From: Nitrospirota bacterium
GTDB lineage: Bacteria; Nitrospirota; Thermodesulfovibrionia; Thermodesulfovibrionales; Dissulfurispiraceae
Reading direction: 5' to 3'
DNA: 64,000 bases
Assembly: GCA_040758355.1 (NCBI GenBank)
Contig: JBFLWF010000010.1
Location: forward strand, 16,908-80,907
Shown here: one piece after another, positions 10,828 to 19,529 of the stretch
How positions within the stretch are numbered: the stretch's first letter is position 1
Layout of the letters: every line of letters starts with the position of its first letter
The notes under the pieces: generated by a model
Databases searched by the model: none
Seen by the model: the letters and a program-made list of their open reading frames with translations, nothing else
What the model was told of the DNA's origin: nothing
Position numbers and translations under genes: made by a program

Positions 10828-12495
10828 ATGGGTAAAAGGATTTATGTATTGTTTGTGGCTGTTCTGGCGCTTGCCCTTGTAGGGGGAGTTTACTACACAA
10901 GCGCAGATGCCCAGTACAAAGCCGATGCAAAGAAGACAGCAGCCGAAAAACCTGTGAAGGTAGAGACATGCTATGGATGCCATGCGCCTGTTAAAGAGCT
11001 TCACACAATGGGCAAGCATGCAAAGGTTAACTGTGCAAGCTGTCACAAGGGACTTGACAAGCATGTAAAGGCTCCAGGCCCGGATACAAGGCCTGTAACC
11101 GACACATCATGGGAGGCATGCGGACAGTGCCATAAGGAACAGTATGAAAGCTTTATGAAAGAGGCATACCACAGGCCTGCAAGGGATGAGAAGTCCCAGC
11201 TTACCAACAGGTCGCCTAATCCATTCTGGGACAAGCTCATGATGCCGCATGGCTTTACAAAGGAGCACAATCTTACAAGGAGCCACAAGTGGATGCTCAT
11301 AGACCATCTGATTGTTGACAGGGCATACGGCGGAAGGTTCCAGGGAAAGAACGGATGGAATTATCTATTTGAAGGCGGCAAGGCATGGGATGTGCTTGTT
11401 GATACAAAGCCCGATGCAAAAGAGCATAAGGCATTCATTCCACAGAGCGCACCGGCAGCAAACCCTGTTTGCCTGAATTGTAAAACTCAAGACCACATCC
11501 TCGACTGGGCATATATGGGAGACCCTGACAAGGGTGCAAAATGGTCGAGGGCATCTTTTGTTCCTGAGTTTGCAAAGAATCTGAATCATGCCCTTAACTG
11601 TTATATGTGCCATGACCCTCATGCAGCAAAGCCGAGAGTAGTGAGGGATGGATTAATCGATGCACTTACAAGGCCTGACGGCGACACCCTCTGGCACAAG
11701 GATCCGAAAAGGACGGGAATCAAAGTTATCGATCTGGGCGTAAGGGGCTATACAAGAAAGATTGCGCTTCTTGATAAATACGATACAAGGCTTCAGTGCG
11801 GACAGTGCCATGTGGAGTATAACTGCAACCCGGGAACCGATACCAAGACAGGACAGCCTGTGACAATGAAGGACAGAAGGACAAACCACTTCCCGTATAA
11901 GGATGTATTCGATCTTTATGAACACTATGTGAACAAGATCAACTTCCTTGACTTCAAGCATGGATTGACAGGTGGACTCCTCTGGAAGGCACAGCACCCC
12001 GAGGCAGAATCTTACTATAATTCAAAGCATGCAAAGGCAGGAGTTGGATGCGACGGCTGCCATACACCGAAGGTAAAGGACAAAAAGACGGGGAAGGTCT
12101 ATACATCACACTTTGCAGTAACGCCGAAGGCTCAGCTTAAGGATACATGCCTGAAGTGCCATACAAAGTGGACAGAGGAGCAGGCAAAATATTCAATTGA
12201 CTCCATCAAGGCATACACAAAGGGAAAGATGAGAAAGGCCGAGTTCTGGCTCTCTGCCTTAATCGACAAGATAGTCGAGGCAAAAAAGGCTGGAGTGGAT
12301 GCAGAAACGATAAAGAAGGCTCAAGACCAGCATCTCAGGGCGCATATTCTCTGGGAGTACTGGACCGCTGAGAACTCAGACGGCTTCCACAACCCTGAAA
12401 TGGCAAGGGAATCGCTTACAAGGTCTGTTGACGAATCACAGAAGGGCATCAAGATAATTACCGATGCCATGGCAGCAAAAACAGCTGCAAAATAA
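10828..12495 (+). CDS. Octaheme cytochrome c nitrite reductase (ONR/TvNiR-like, NrfA superfamily)
   Basis: Signal peptide; seven CxxCH plus one CxxCK (CLNCK); CGQCHVEYNC; KAQHPE; AENSDGFHNP. Confidence 0.9.
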   Translation: MGKRIYVLFVAVLALALVGGVYYTSADAQYKADAKKTAAEKPVKVETCYGCHAPVKELHTMGKHAKVNCASCHKGLDKHVKAPGPDTRPVTDTSWEACGQCHKEQYESFMKEAYHRPARDEKSQLTNRSPNPFWDKLMMPHGFTKEHNLTRSHKWMLIDHLIVDRAYGGRFQGKNGWNYLFEGGKAWDVLVDTKPDAKEHKAFIPQSAPAANPVCLNCKTQDHILDWAYMGDPDKGAKWSRASFVPEFAKNLNHALNCYMCHDPHAAKPRVVRDGLIDALTRPDGDTLWHKDPKRTGIKVIDLGVRGYTRKIALLDKYDTRLQCGQCHVEYNCNPGTDTKTGQPVTMKDRRTNHFPYKDVFDLYEHYVNKINFLDFKHGLTGGLLWKAQHPEAESYYNSKHAKAGVGCDGCHTPKVKDKKTGKVYTSHFAVTPKAQLKDTCLKCHTKWTEEQAKYSIDSIKAYTKGKMRKAEFWLSALIDKIVEAKKAGVDAETIKKAQDQHLRAHILWEYWTAENSDGFHNPEMARESLTRSVDESQKGIKIITDAMAAKTAAK

Positions 12496-12506
12496 TCATA
12501 AACAAA

Positions 12507-12540
12507 AAAGGCGGGGCATAAGCCCCGCCTTTAAGTTTTT
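12507..12540 (+). terminator. Rho-independent terminator or hairpin after the nitrite reductase gene
   Basis: AAAGGCGGGGC-ATAA-GCCCCGCCTTT followed by AAGTTTTT. Confidence 0.75.
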
Positions 12541-12580
12541 ACAAAAACCCAAAGGATTGGAGGGGAAGGGGAGTATGGAT

Positions 12581-13084
12581 ATGAAAAGGATTATAATTTT
12601 TCTGATATTGATATTATGCGGCATGGCCGGACTCTATGTTTCCACAGGATACGGCCATAGAAACAGCGCTCCGAATCTTGAATGTATAAGCTGCCACGAA
12701 GGAGAAATGGTTCAGAATATGGTAAAGGTTCAGGGATTGCCTAAAAATTATGTTCCGGGCAAGACATACAATTTAACAGTGGTTGTAACAAGCGACCTCG
12801 ATAGCATGAGCGAATGCAAAGGAGGTTTTGCAATCGAGGCATCTGCAGGGAAATTGGTAGTCAAGGACAAAAAAAATACCCAGTTGAGCAATGGAATATT
12901 AACCCATACACAGGAAGGCTCGGGATTAAGAAAATGGAATTTTAGCTGGAAGGCACCATCAGAGAAAATCGATGCAAGCATTACGGTGATGGCGGTTGCA
13001 GCTAACGGGGATTATTCACCGTTTGGCGATAAGGTGGGTGCCGATAGCTATACAATTCATTACACAGGCAAGTCAACAAAGTAA
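12581..13084 (+). CDS. Exported monoheme c protein with Reeler-like beta-sandwich
   Basis: Signal peptide MKRIIIFL..., CISCH, YVPGKTYNLTV, GGFAI, LTHT, WNFSWKAP; start at 12575 or 12581. Confidence 0.7.
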   Translation: MKRIIIFLILILCGMAGLYVSTGYGHRNSAPNLECISCHEGEMVQNMVKVQGLPKNYVPGKTYNLTVVVTSDLDSMSECKGGFAIEASAGKLVVKDKKNTQLSNGILTHTQEGSGLRKWNFSWKAPSEKIDASITVMAVAANGDYSPFGDKVGADSYTIHYTGKSTK

Positions 13085-13115
13085 TTCATATAAACAAAAA
13101 AAGAGGAGGTCATAG

Positions 13116-16100
13116 ATGAAACTCAGCAGAAGAGATTTTCTAAGGGCAAGTGCCATAACAGCCGCTGCTGCAGCAGCAGGTATTGCAAGGCCTGAAATGC
13201 TTCTGGCTGCGGCGCCTGTTAAGTCCTTTCCAGTAGGGCAATGCAGGTTCTGTGCAGTCGGATGCACCATGATAGCGGACTGTGAGGTTGATGCCGCAGG
13301 CAAGGTCACAAGGGTAGTAGCATTAAAGGGAGACCTGAAGAGTCCTGTAAATAGGGGCGTTCTTTGTACTAAAGGTTTCTATCTCCATAAGGCCATTGCG
13401 TATAAAGACAGGCCCAAAGGCGCCCTTGTAAGAAAAGAATGGATTAATCCGAAAACAGGGAAGCCTGATTTGAATAACTCTCCGAGGGTTCTTCAGGGAA
13501 AGACAACAAAAGACCCGAAGGGTTTAAAGCCATCGGAAGTGGATTTAAAGGAGAATTTTGCCCTCGTGCCGTGGGAGGATGCGATCAACTTTGTTGCCGA
13601 TGCAGTAGAAAAATCCATAAAAGAGCATGGCAAGCACAGCGTTGCATTCTATGGAAGCGGCCAGTTGGGTACAGAAGAGACACATATTATGAACAAGGTC
13701 TTCAAGGGCGGAGGTGCATTGGCAAATAACGCCATCGAGGGACAGCCGAGGACATGCATGGCATCTGCGGTCGTTGGCTACCTCTACACCTTTGGAAAGG
13801 ATGAGCCTTATGGATGTCTCGATGATATCGATGTGCCTGACCCTGACTTCAAAAAGCACGCAGATACGCTTTTCATAATCGGCAACAATACTGCAGAGGC
13901 ACATCCGATAATCTTTAACAGGATGGCAGCAGCAAAATCAAAGAACCCCAATATGAAGGTGATACTTGCTGACCCGAGAAAGACCCGTTCCGGCACAATC
14001 GCCGATCTATGGCTGCCGTTTGCAACAGGCAGGGATCTTGTGCTTTTGAATGCGATTGCCTACGTAATAACACATGAACTCGATGGCGCAAAATACGATG
14101 TAGAAAAAGGCACTGTGGATGCAAAATGGAAATACCTCGATAAAAAGTTCATCGAAAGGCACGTGAGCTTCGGCATACACGAGGATGTTAAAAAGACATG
14201 GATAAAGACCACATATGGAGGAGCAAGGGATACGGCATGGGATCTCACATACTCAGCAGAGCCGAGAAAGACCTATCCATCCCTTAAGACAAAATATGCA
14301 TCGGAGGATGACATATTAAAAGACCTCTATAAGGGTTTTGCAGCCTTCCTCAAGTTTCTTGAGGACTACAAGCCAGAAAAGGTCTCCGAAATAATATTCG
14401 AGGGCGAAGCTCCGCTCGTCTATGAAAAGGCGACCAGGACATGGAAGAAGATAAGCGGTCCCGAGGCAATAAGGCTTGCAGCAAAATGGTTTGCCGAAGG
14501 ATATACTTTGTCGGCCTGGTGCATGGGCGTGAACCAGAAGCTTCAGGGCACGTGGGTTAATGCATCGCTGCATATGCTCCATTTGATAACAGGAAAGGCG
14601 GTCAAACCGGGCAGACATTCCTTCAGCTTTACCGGACAGCCCAATGCCTGCGGTGGAATCAGGGCGCCGGGCGCACTGTGCCATGCACTTCCTTATGGAA
14701 GGCTTGTTGCAAATCCCCTTCACAGGGCAGCAGTCGAAAAGATATGGACAGACAGGGCATCAGCATATTTAAAGAAAAAGGGCGTATCTGAATCCGAAAT
14801 ATCTGTAGAGATGAAAAAGATCAAGATACATGACAAGCCCGGTCCGCATACGGTTGAGATGTTCAGGCGCCTCGGTGCAGGACAGATAAAGGTTCAGTTT
14901 ATATCAACCGTGAATGCAGGACAGAGCCTTCCATATGCATGGCCATACAGACTCGCGATGGCTGGTGCAAAAAAAGGAGAGGCATGGCCGCTTACCGTTA
15001 CCCTCGAGGCATTTCCCAATGCCACGACAATGGTGTCAGACATAGTGCTCGGCGCATCGAGCTGGTTTGAAAAGGAGTTCATATTCGGAAACCTCGAAAG
15101 GCGGTATCAGGTCATAAAACAGGTAATAGAGCCCTATGGCAACACACTGCCGGACCATACAATCTTCGCATGTATTATGAGAAGACTGGAGGAAAAGGGT
15201 CTCGTGCCTCATGGCCATGTGTCACAGTTCTGGCCTGCTGAATATGACGGCGCCGACTGGATGAAAAAGACCGTTGCTGCTGGAAAGACAAAGGAATGGA
15301 ACAGGGAATTTTCAGCCAACATATGGGAAGAGCTGTTGACCCTTTCAAAGGGTACAGGATACGACTTCAGCGGCATGAATAGAAAGATGCTCCTTGAGCA
15401 AAATCACGGATATAGAATTCCGCTTCCTTCTGAATACCATACAGATGCAGCGGTTAAGGCAAGATATGACAAGTATCAGTCGAGAATCCAGTATGCATAC
15501 CCCTATGATCCACATATAGATAAAATAACTGCTGCATACCTGAAGAACATGAAGGAGTTCAATCCTGTATATGGCGCATGGCTTGAGAAGAATATAGAGG
15601 GTATGAAAAAGGATGAGGAATATCACAAAGAGGAAAACCTGCCCAAAGGATGGTATGCGAGCTTCTATAATTCCAATGCCTTTATTAACGGCATGGTTGA
15701 CATACCTACGCCTGACGGAAAGACCAGAAAGGCGCCGGGCTGGGACGGAAGGGCTATTGCATGGGCAAATCCGTGGTGGGCATGCAAATTCGATGGAAAG
15801 GCATTTGCAAAGTACAAAACAGTGGAGGTCATCGAGAGGACATTTAATCCCAAAAAGGTTGAAGAGAACAGCACACTGCCCTTTGATGTTAAGAGCAAAT
15901 ACACTGTTAATGTTATAGGCGACCCGAATAAGGACATGAATGCCCTCAAGAACATAGCATTAAGCCCTGCGGAGTTCCAGAACCTGCGGCATGAATACAC
16001 AAAGACAGATGGAAGCAAGCTCCTCATCATCGATACTACAGCATATCCATATGGTGCATGTACAGGAAGGGTTGTGGAGCACTGGCACACAGGCAGCATG

Positions 16101-16451
16101 ACCACGAGGGTGTCGGAGCTTAACCGTGCAGTCCCCGGCGCTTATGTAGAGCTTAATGAAGTCCTTGCAAAGAAACTGGGAATAAAGAACGGCGACTCCG
16201 TGATTGTGGAATCGCCGAGGGGCAAGATCGAGCTTCCTGCAAAGGTGCTCGATGTCGCAAAGGCAACGGGCGGTCCGAGATACGATTATGTCTTTGTCCC
16301 GTGGTTCGACGAGTACAAGCTCATTAATATGATAATGAGGGACGCCTTTGACCCCTTCAGCTTCCAGCCTGACTACAAGATGTTCGCTGTGAAGATTTAC
16401 AAGGGGAAGACCAAAGGCAGACAGGCAGAGCCGGGCAAGGTGATAGCGTAG
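13116..16451 (+). CDS. napA: Periplasmic nitrate reductase catalytic subunit, unusually long (1111 aa)
   Basis: TAT SRRDFLR, CRFCAVGC...LCTKG, FYGSGQ, RTCMASAV, WCMGVNQ, TGQPNACG, TGRVVEHWHTGSMT, VFVPWFD. Confidence 0.88.
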   Translation: MKLSRRDFLRASAITAAAAAAGIARPEMLLAAAPVKSFPVGQCRFCAVGCTMIADCEVDAAGKVTRVVALKGDLKSPVNRGVLCTKGFYLHKAIAYKDRPKGALVRKEWINPKTGKPDLNNSPRVLQGKTTKDPKGLKPSEVDLKENFALVPWEDAINFVADAVEKSIKEHGKHSVAFYGSGQLGTEETHIMNKVFKGGGALANNAIEGQPRTCMASAVVGYLYTFGKDEPYGCLDDIDVPDPDFKKHADTLFIIGNNTAEAHPIIFNRMAAAKSKNPNMKVILADPRKTRSGTIADLWLPFATGRDLVLLNAIAYVITHELDGAKYDVEKGTVDAKWKYLDKKFIERHVSFGIHEDVKKTWIKTTYGGARDTAWDLTYSAEPRKTYPSLKTKYASEDDILKDLYKGFAAFLKFLEDYKPEKVSEIIFEGEAPLVYEKATRTWKKISGPEAIRLAAKWFAEGYTLSAWCMGVNQKLQGTWVNASLHMLHLITGKAVKPGRHSFSFTGQPNACGGIRAPGALCHALPYGRLVANPLHRAAVEKIWTDRASAYLKKKGVSESEISVEMKKIKIHDKPGPHTVEMFRRLGAGQIKVQFISTVNAGQSLPYAWPYRLAMAGAKKGEAWPLTVTLEAFPNATTMVSDIVLGASSWFEKEFIFGNLERRYQVIKQVIEPYGNTLPDHTIFACIMRRLEEKGLVPHGHVSQFWPAEYDGADWMKKTVAAGKTKEWNREFSANIWEELLTLSKGTGYDFSGMNRKMLLEQNHGYRIPLPSEYHTDAAVKARYDKYQSRIQYAYPYDPHIDKITAAYLKNMKEFNPVYGAWLEKNIEGMKKDEEYHKEENLPKGWYASFYNSNAFINGMVDIPTPDGKTRKAPGWDGRAIAWANPWWACKFDGKAFAKYKTVEVIERTFNPKKVEENSTLPFDVKSKYTVNVIGDPNKDMNALKNIALSPAEFQNLRHEYTKTDGSKLLIIDTTAYPYGACTGRVVEHWHTGSMTTRVSELNRAVPGAYVELNEVLAKKLGIKNGDSVIVESPRGKIELPAKVLDVAKATGGPRYDYVFVPWFDEYKLINMIMRDAFDPFSFQPDYKMFAVKIYKGKTKGRQAEPGKVIA

Positions 16452-16454
16452 AGA

Positions 16455-16488
16455 TAGAGTGCCGGAGTGCTTGCACTCCGGCACTCTA
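16455..16488. other. Perfect intergenic hairpin between napA and napG
   Basis: TAGAGTGCCGGAGTGC-TT-GCACTCCGGCACTCTA; no U tract; followed by a 9-mer array (TATAAGACC-like x4, 16490-16525). Confidence 0.75.
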
Positions 16489-16510
16489 ATATAAGACCTA
16501 TAAGACTTAT

Positions 16511-17284
16511 ATGACCTATAAAAATCTTACAAGAAGAAATTTTTTAAAGGCATCTATTCTAACAGGCACTACTGTGATAGCGGGCAGTGGGCTGACCGTT
16601 TTTGAAAGACACGCTTCTGCGGGGAAAGAGGAATCTGTAGGCCCGCTTCATGATATAGATGTTGGCGGCATTATAAGGCCTCCAGGTGCCTTGCCGGAAA
16701 AGGAATTCCGCTCAAAATGCATAAGCTGCGGCGTGTGCGTGAATGTCTGCCATGTGATGAAATACGATGCCATTGCAATTGCTGCTTCCCCCTTACGCTC
16801 TTTTGGGACGCCTTACATAAAAGACATGAGGGATTTCCCGTGCGGCCTCTGTATGGAATGCCCGAGGCACTGTCCCACTGGAGCCTTAAAAAAGGTAGAA
16901 AAGGAAAAGGCAACCATGGGAATGGCGCTCATTGATTTCGGCCTGTGCTTCGGCTGGAACGGCGATGTATGCCTTTCATGCAGCAAGGCATGTCCAATTG
17001 GCGCAAAGGTCTTTGATTTTTACAACGGAGAGTGGGGTAATCAGCCCTATATCAATGACAACTGCGTAGGCTGCGGTTTATGCGTTAAATACTGCCCTCT
17101 TGGTGGCTCTGCAATAAAGGTGATTACAAAAAGGCAGTATTATGATAAGGTCAAAGCCTCTTATACAAGCGAATTTAAAAGACTTTTATCCATGCCCAAT
17201 GAAGAGCGTTATAACATTGTTTACGGTCAAAATATGCCCCAGATAATGGCAAGGGGAAGGCTGGTGGAACGTGAGTACAGATAG
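16511..17284 (+). CDS. napG: NapG/MauM ferredoxin-type protein
   Basis: TAT TRRNFLK, IRPPGA, four Cys clusters. Confidence 0.88.
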   Translation: MTYKNLTRRNFLKASILTGTTVIAGSGLTVFERHASAGKEESVGPLHDIDVGGIIRPPGALPEKEFRSKCISCGVCVNVCHVMKYDAIAIAASPLRSFGTPYIKDMRDFPCGLCMECPRHCPTGALKKVEKEKATMGMALIDFGLCFGWNGDVCLSCSKACPIGAKVFDFYNGEWGNQPYINDNCVGCGLCVKYCPLGGSAIKVITKRQYYDKVKASYTSEFKRLLSMPNEERYNIVYGQNMPQIMARGRLVEREYR

Positions 17285-18137
17285 TCAAGAACAGCAATCA
17301 GCAATCAGCAGTCAGCAAAAGAGGAAAATACCGTTATCAAAGATCAGACGGTTTGTAATGCTGGGCGTGATCGCGTTATTTCTCCTTCAATTCCTGAGAG
17401 TGAAAATCCTTGTCGGTGGGCTTTCTGGCTCGCTTGCTGTATGGTTAGTAAAGCTCATCGATGTCTTTGCCTATTTTGAGAGTCTTATTGCATCGAGGGA
17501 TTTTACAACTACGGCCCTCTGGGCAGTGCTCCCTGTTATAGCGATTTATCTTATATTTGGCAGGGCATTCTGCGGATGGGTGTGCCCCATGGACTTTCTT
17601 TTTGAGATGGTTGATAGGATAAGGGGCGATAGGCAATGGGCGACAGGCGATAGGATAAAGAGAATTTCTCCGAAAATCGGATATGTGATTGCAGCAGCAT
17701 TGCTTATTGTATCTGGCCTGATGAATATACCATTCTTCACAAGCTACATTTCCCATCTCACAAACTTTTTCAGACTTTTGACAGGAAGCGTGTTTTTTGC
17801 ATTTAAGCTCCCTGTGGAGCCGATAGTGCTGGCATATTCAGGAGGCATGATAACCCTGCTCCTCGGCCTCGAATATTTCTTTCCAAGACTCTGGTGCAGG
17901 GTCTTATGCCCTGTGGGAAAGACTTACGGGCTTTTTAACAAGGTAAGCCTTCTTAAACTGAAGTTTATGGAAGGGGAGTGCGGTGAATGCAATCTGTGCG
18001 ACCAGATGTGTTACATGAACGTAAAAATAGCTAAAAACATAGACCAGCCGGGACTCAGGGACATAAACTGCATTTATTGCGGCAGGTGCGTGGAAGGGTG
18101 CGAGACTAAAGGAAGGCTCATAAAAATGAAATTCTAA
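17271..18137 (+). CDS. napH: NapH quinol dehydrogenase membrane subunit
   Basis: GRAFCGWVCP, WCRVLCPVG, two C-terminal 4Fe-4S motifs, TM helices. Confidence 0.88.
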   Translation: MSTDSQEQQSAISSQQKRKIPLSKIRRFVMLGVIALFLLQFLRVKILVGGLSGSLAVWLVKLIDVFAYFESLIASRDFTTTALWAVLPVIAIYLIFGRAFCGWVCPMDFLFEMVDRIRGDRQWATGDRIKRISPKIGYVIAAALLIVSGLMNIPFFTSYISHLTNFFRLLTGSVFFAFKLPVEPIVLAYSGGMITLLLGLEYFFPRLWCRVLCPVGKTYGLFNKVSLLKLKFMEGECGECNLCDQMCYMNVKIAKNIDQPGLRDINCIYCGRCVEGCETKGRLIKMKF

Positions 18138-18143
18138 CAATCT

Positions 18144-18208
18144 GTCATTCCCACGAAAGTGGGAATCCAGACAGCAAAGGTATAGATTCCTGCTTTCGCA
18201 GGAATGAC
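18144..18208. repeat. REP-like composite palindrome (GTCATTCC...GGAATGAC)
   Basis: Two internal hairpins, ATTCCCAC-GAAA-GTGGGAAT and ATTCCTGC-TTTC-GCAGGAAT, inside terminal inverted repeats. Confidence 0.8.
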
Positions 18209-18248
18209 TTTTAAAAGGTATTTTCGGAAACAATTAGAGGAGGGAACA

Positions 18249-18518
18249 ATGATTGTTGCAAGCGGGTTTATAGAGGCAAATGATATGAAAGACGTGGAAA
18301 GGGTAGTGGACGAATTGAAAGCAAGGGGCGTAGAGGTCAACGAAGTAAAGGATGAAAAAATAGTATTTTTAGTTGAGAGGGAGACGGTCTCCGAGGTAAA
18401 AAATTCACTGGATTCGCTAAAGGACATAGACGGCGTCAGAAATGTATACCTTGCCTACTATAGTCTTGAGGGCAGCGACAGGGATCTGGAAAATTTACTT
18501 CCCTTTAACACACATTAA
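18249..18518 (+). CDS. napD: NapD chaperone
   Basis: About 90 aa ferredoxin-like pattern (KIVFLVE, IDGVRNVYLAY); position in nap operon; GAGGAGG RBS. Confidence 0.75.
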   Translation: MIVASGFIEANDMKDVERVVDELKARGVEVNEVKDEKIVFLVERETVSEVKNSLDSLKDIDGVRNVYLAYYSLEGSDRDLENLLPFNTH

Positions 18519-18585
18519 TATCATCTTTACAGCCTTTTGCTTTAGACTTTAAGTAATGCAAAATTGTAGATTTGGGGAGAAAACT

Positions 18586-18822
18586 GTGCTGGATATGGTA
18601 GGCTTTATTGTGAAGATAAAAGAGGGATTAATGGACACTGCAGTGAAGAGTTTTGAAGATATGCCTCATATAAGCATATACGGCGCAAAGGATAACCAGA
18701 TAGTGCTGCTCGTTGATACAGACGATGTGCATGTACTGGCACACAAAATAAAAGAGATTCAGGCTATGAATGGAGTATTAGGCGTTTATCCTATTTTTTC
18801 CCGCGACTCTTTACCTTTTTGA
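18586..18822 (+). CDS. Second NapD-like protein
   Basis: QIVLLVD, MNGVLGVYP pattern; start uncertain (18556, 18586 or 18595). Confidence 0.6.
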   Translation: MLDMVGFIVKIKEGLMDTAVKSFEDMPHISIYGAKDNQIVLLVDTDDVHVLAHKIKEIQAMNGVLGVYPIFSRDSLPF

Positions 18823-18836
18823 AATATTTTTAAAAT

Positions 18837-19448
18837 TCATGGATTAATGACTCCTCTGAGGATAAGTGCAGCGCCTTTGTAAAAATCTTCTTGTGTAGAC
18901 TCTAATACTTTATCCGCAAAAAGAGGCAGCCACAATGTCATATGTTCGCTAAGAAAGTCGCTTCTTATCTCAAAGAGCCTCGATGCATCTTCACGCTGTC
19001 CCTGCTCAAAGAGTTCTATTATTTTTTGCGTCAGGTAATAGATAAACTCAAGCTCTATGCCGATATGGTCATCAGGAATGCTGTAAAGGTTCTTCACAGC
19101 CATGCCTGCTTCAAGGTATCTTTTCCTGACATCAATGGTCTCGTCTGTCATTAAGGATCTGGACTCTGATAAATAAAAAGAGGCATAAGGCACTGCTGGA
19201 GGATTTTTAGGCCCTATGAATAAACGGGCATATTCGAGTGCAAGTTCTTCGAGCCACTCATCAAGCCTGTATTCATTCTTTCTGATTGATTCGATCAGGA
19301 GTTTCAGCCCATAGTTTATTTCAGCGTCTGTTTCATCTGGAGGATCAATCTTTGCGAGCTCATTAATCAATTCTTTTGTCGGCTCTTTTAAAAATAACTG
19401 CCTCAAAAGATTGTATAAATAAAGTTCTTCTCTTAATTCGTCTATCAT
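18837..19448 (-). CDS. TorD/DmsD-family molybdoenzyme chaperone
   Basis: EYARLFIGP, PYASFY, PDDHIGIELEF, HMTLW. Confidence 0.92.
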   Translation of the reverse strand: MIDELREELYLYNLLRQLFLKEPTKELINELAKIDPPDETDAEINYGLKLLIESIRKNEYRLDEWLEELALEYARLFIGPKNPPAVPYASFYLSESRSLMTDETIDVRKRYLEAGMAVKNLYSIPDDHIGIELEFIYYLTQKIIELFEQGQREDASRLFEIRSDFLSEHMTLWLPLFADKVLESTQEDFYKGAALILRGVINP

Positions 19449-19529
19449 TGTCACCTCTTATTTGGTTGATGAGTATATGAGTAAATGGGTAAATGAGCAA
19501 ACACCCATCTACCCATTCACTGTTTTTTC

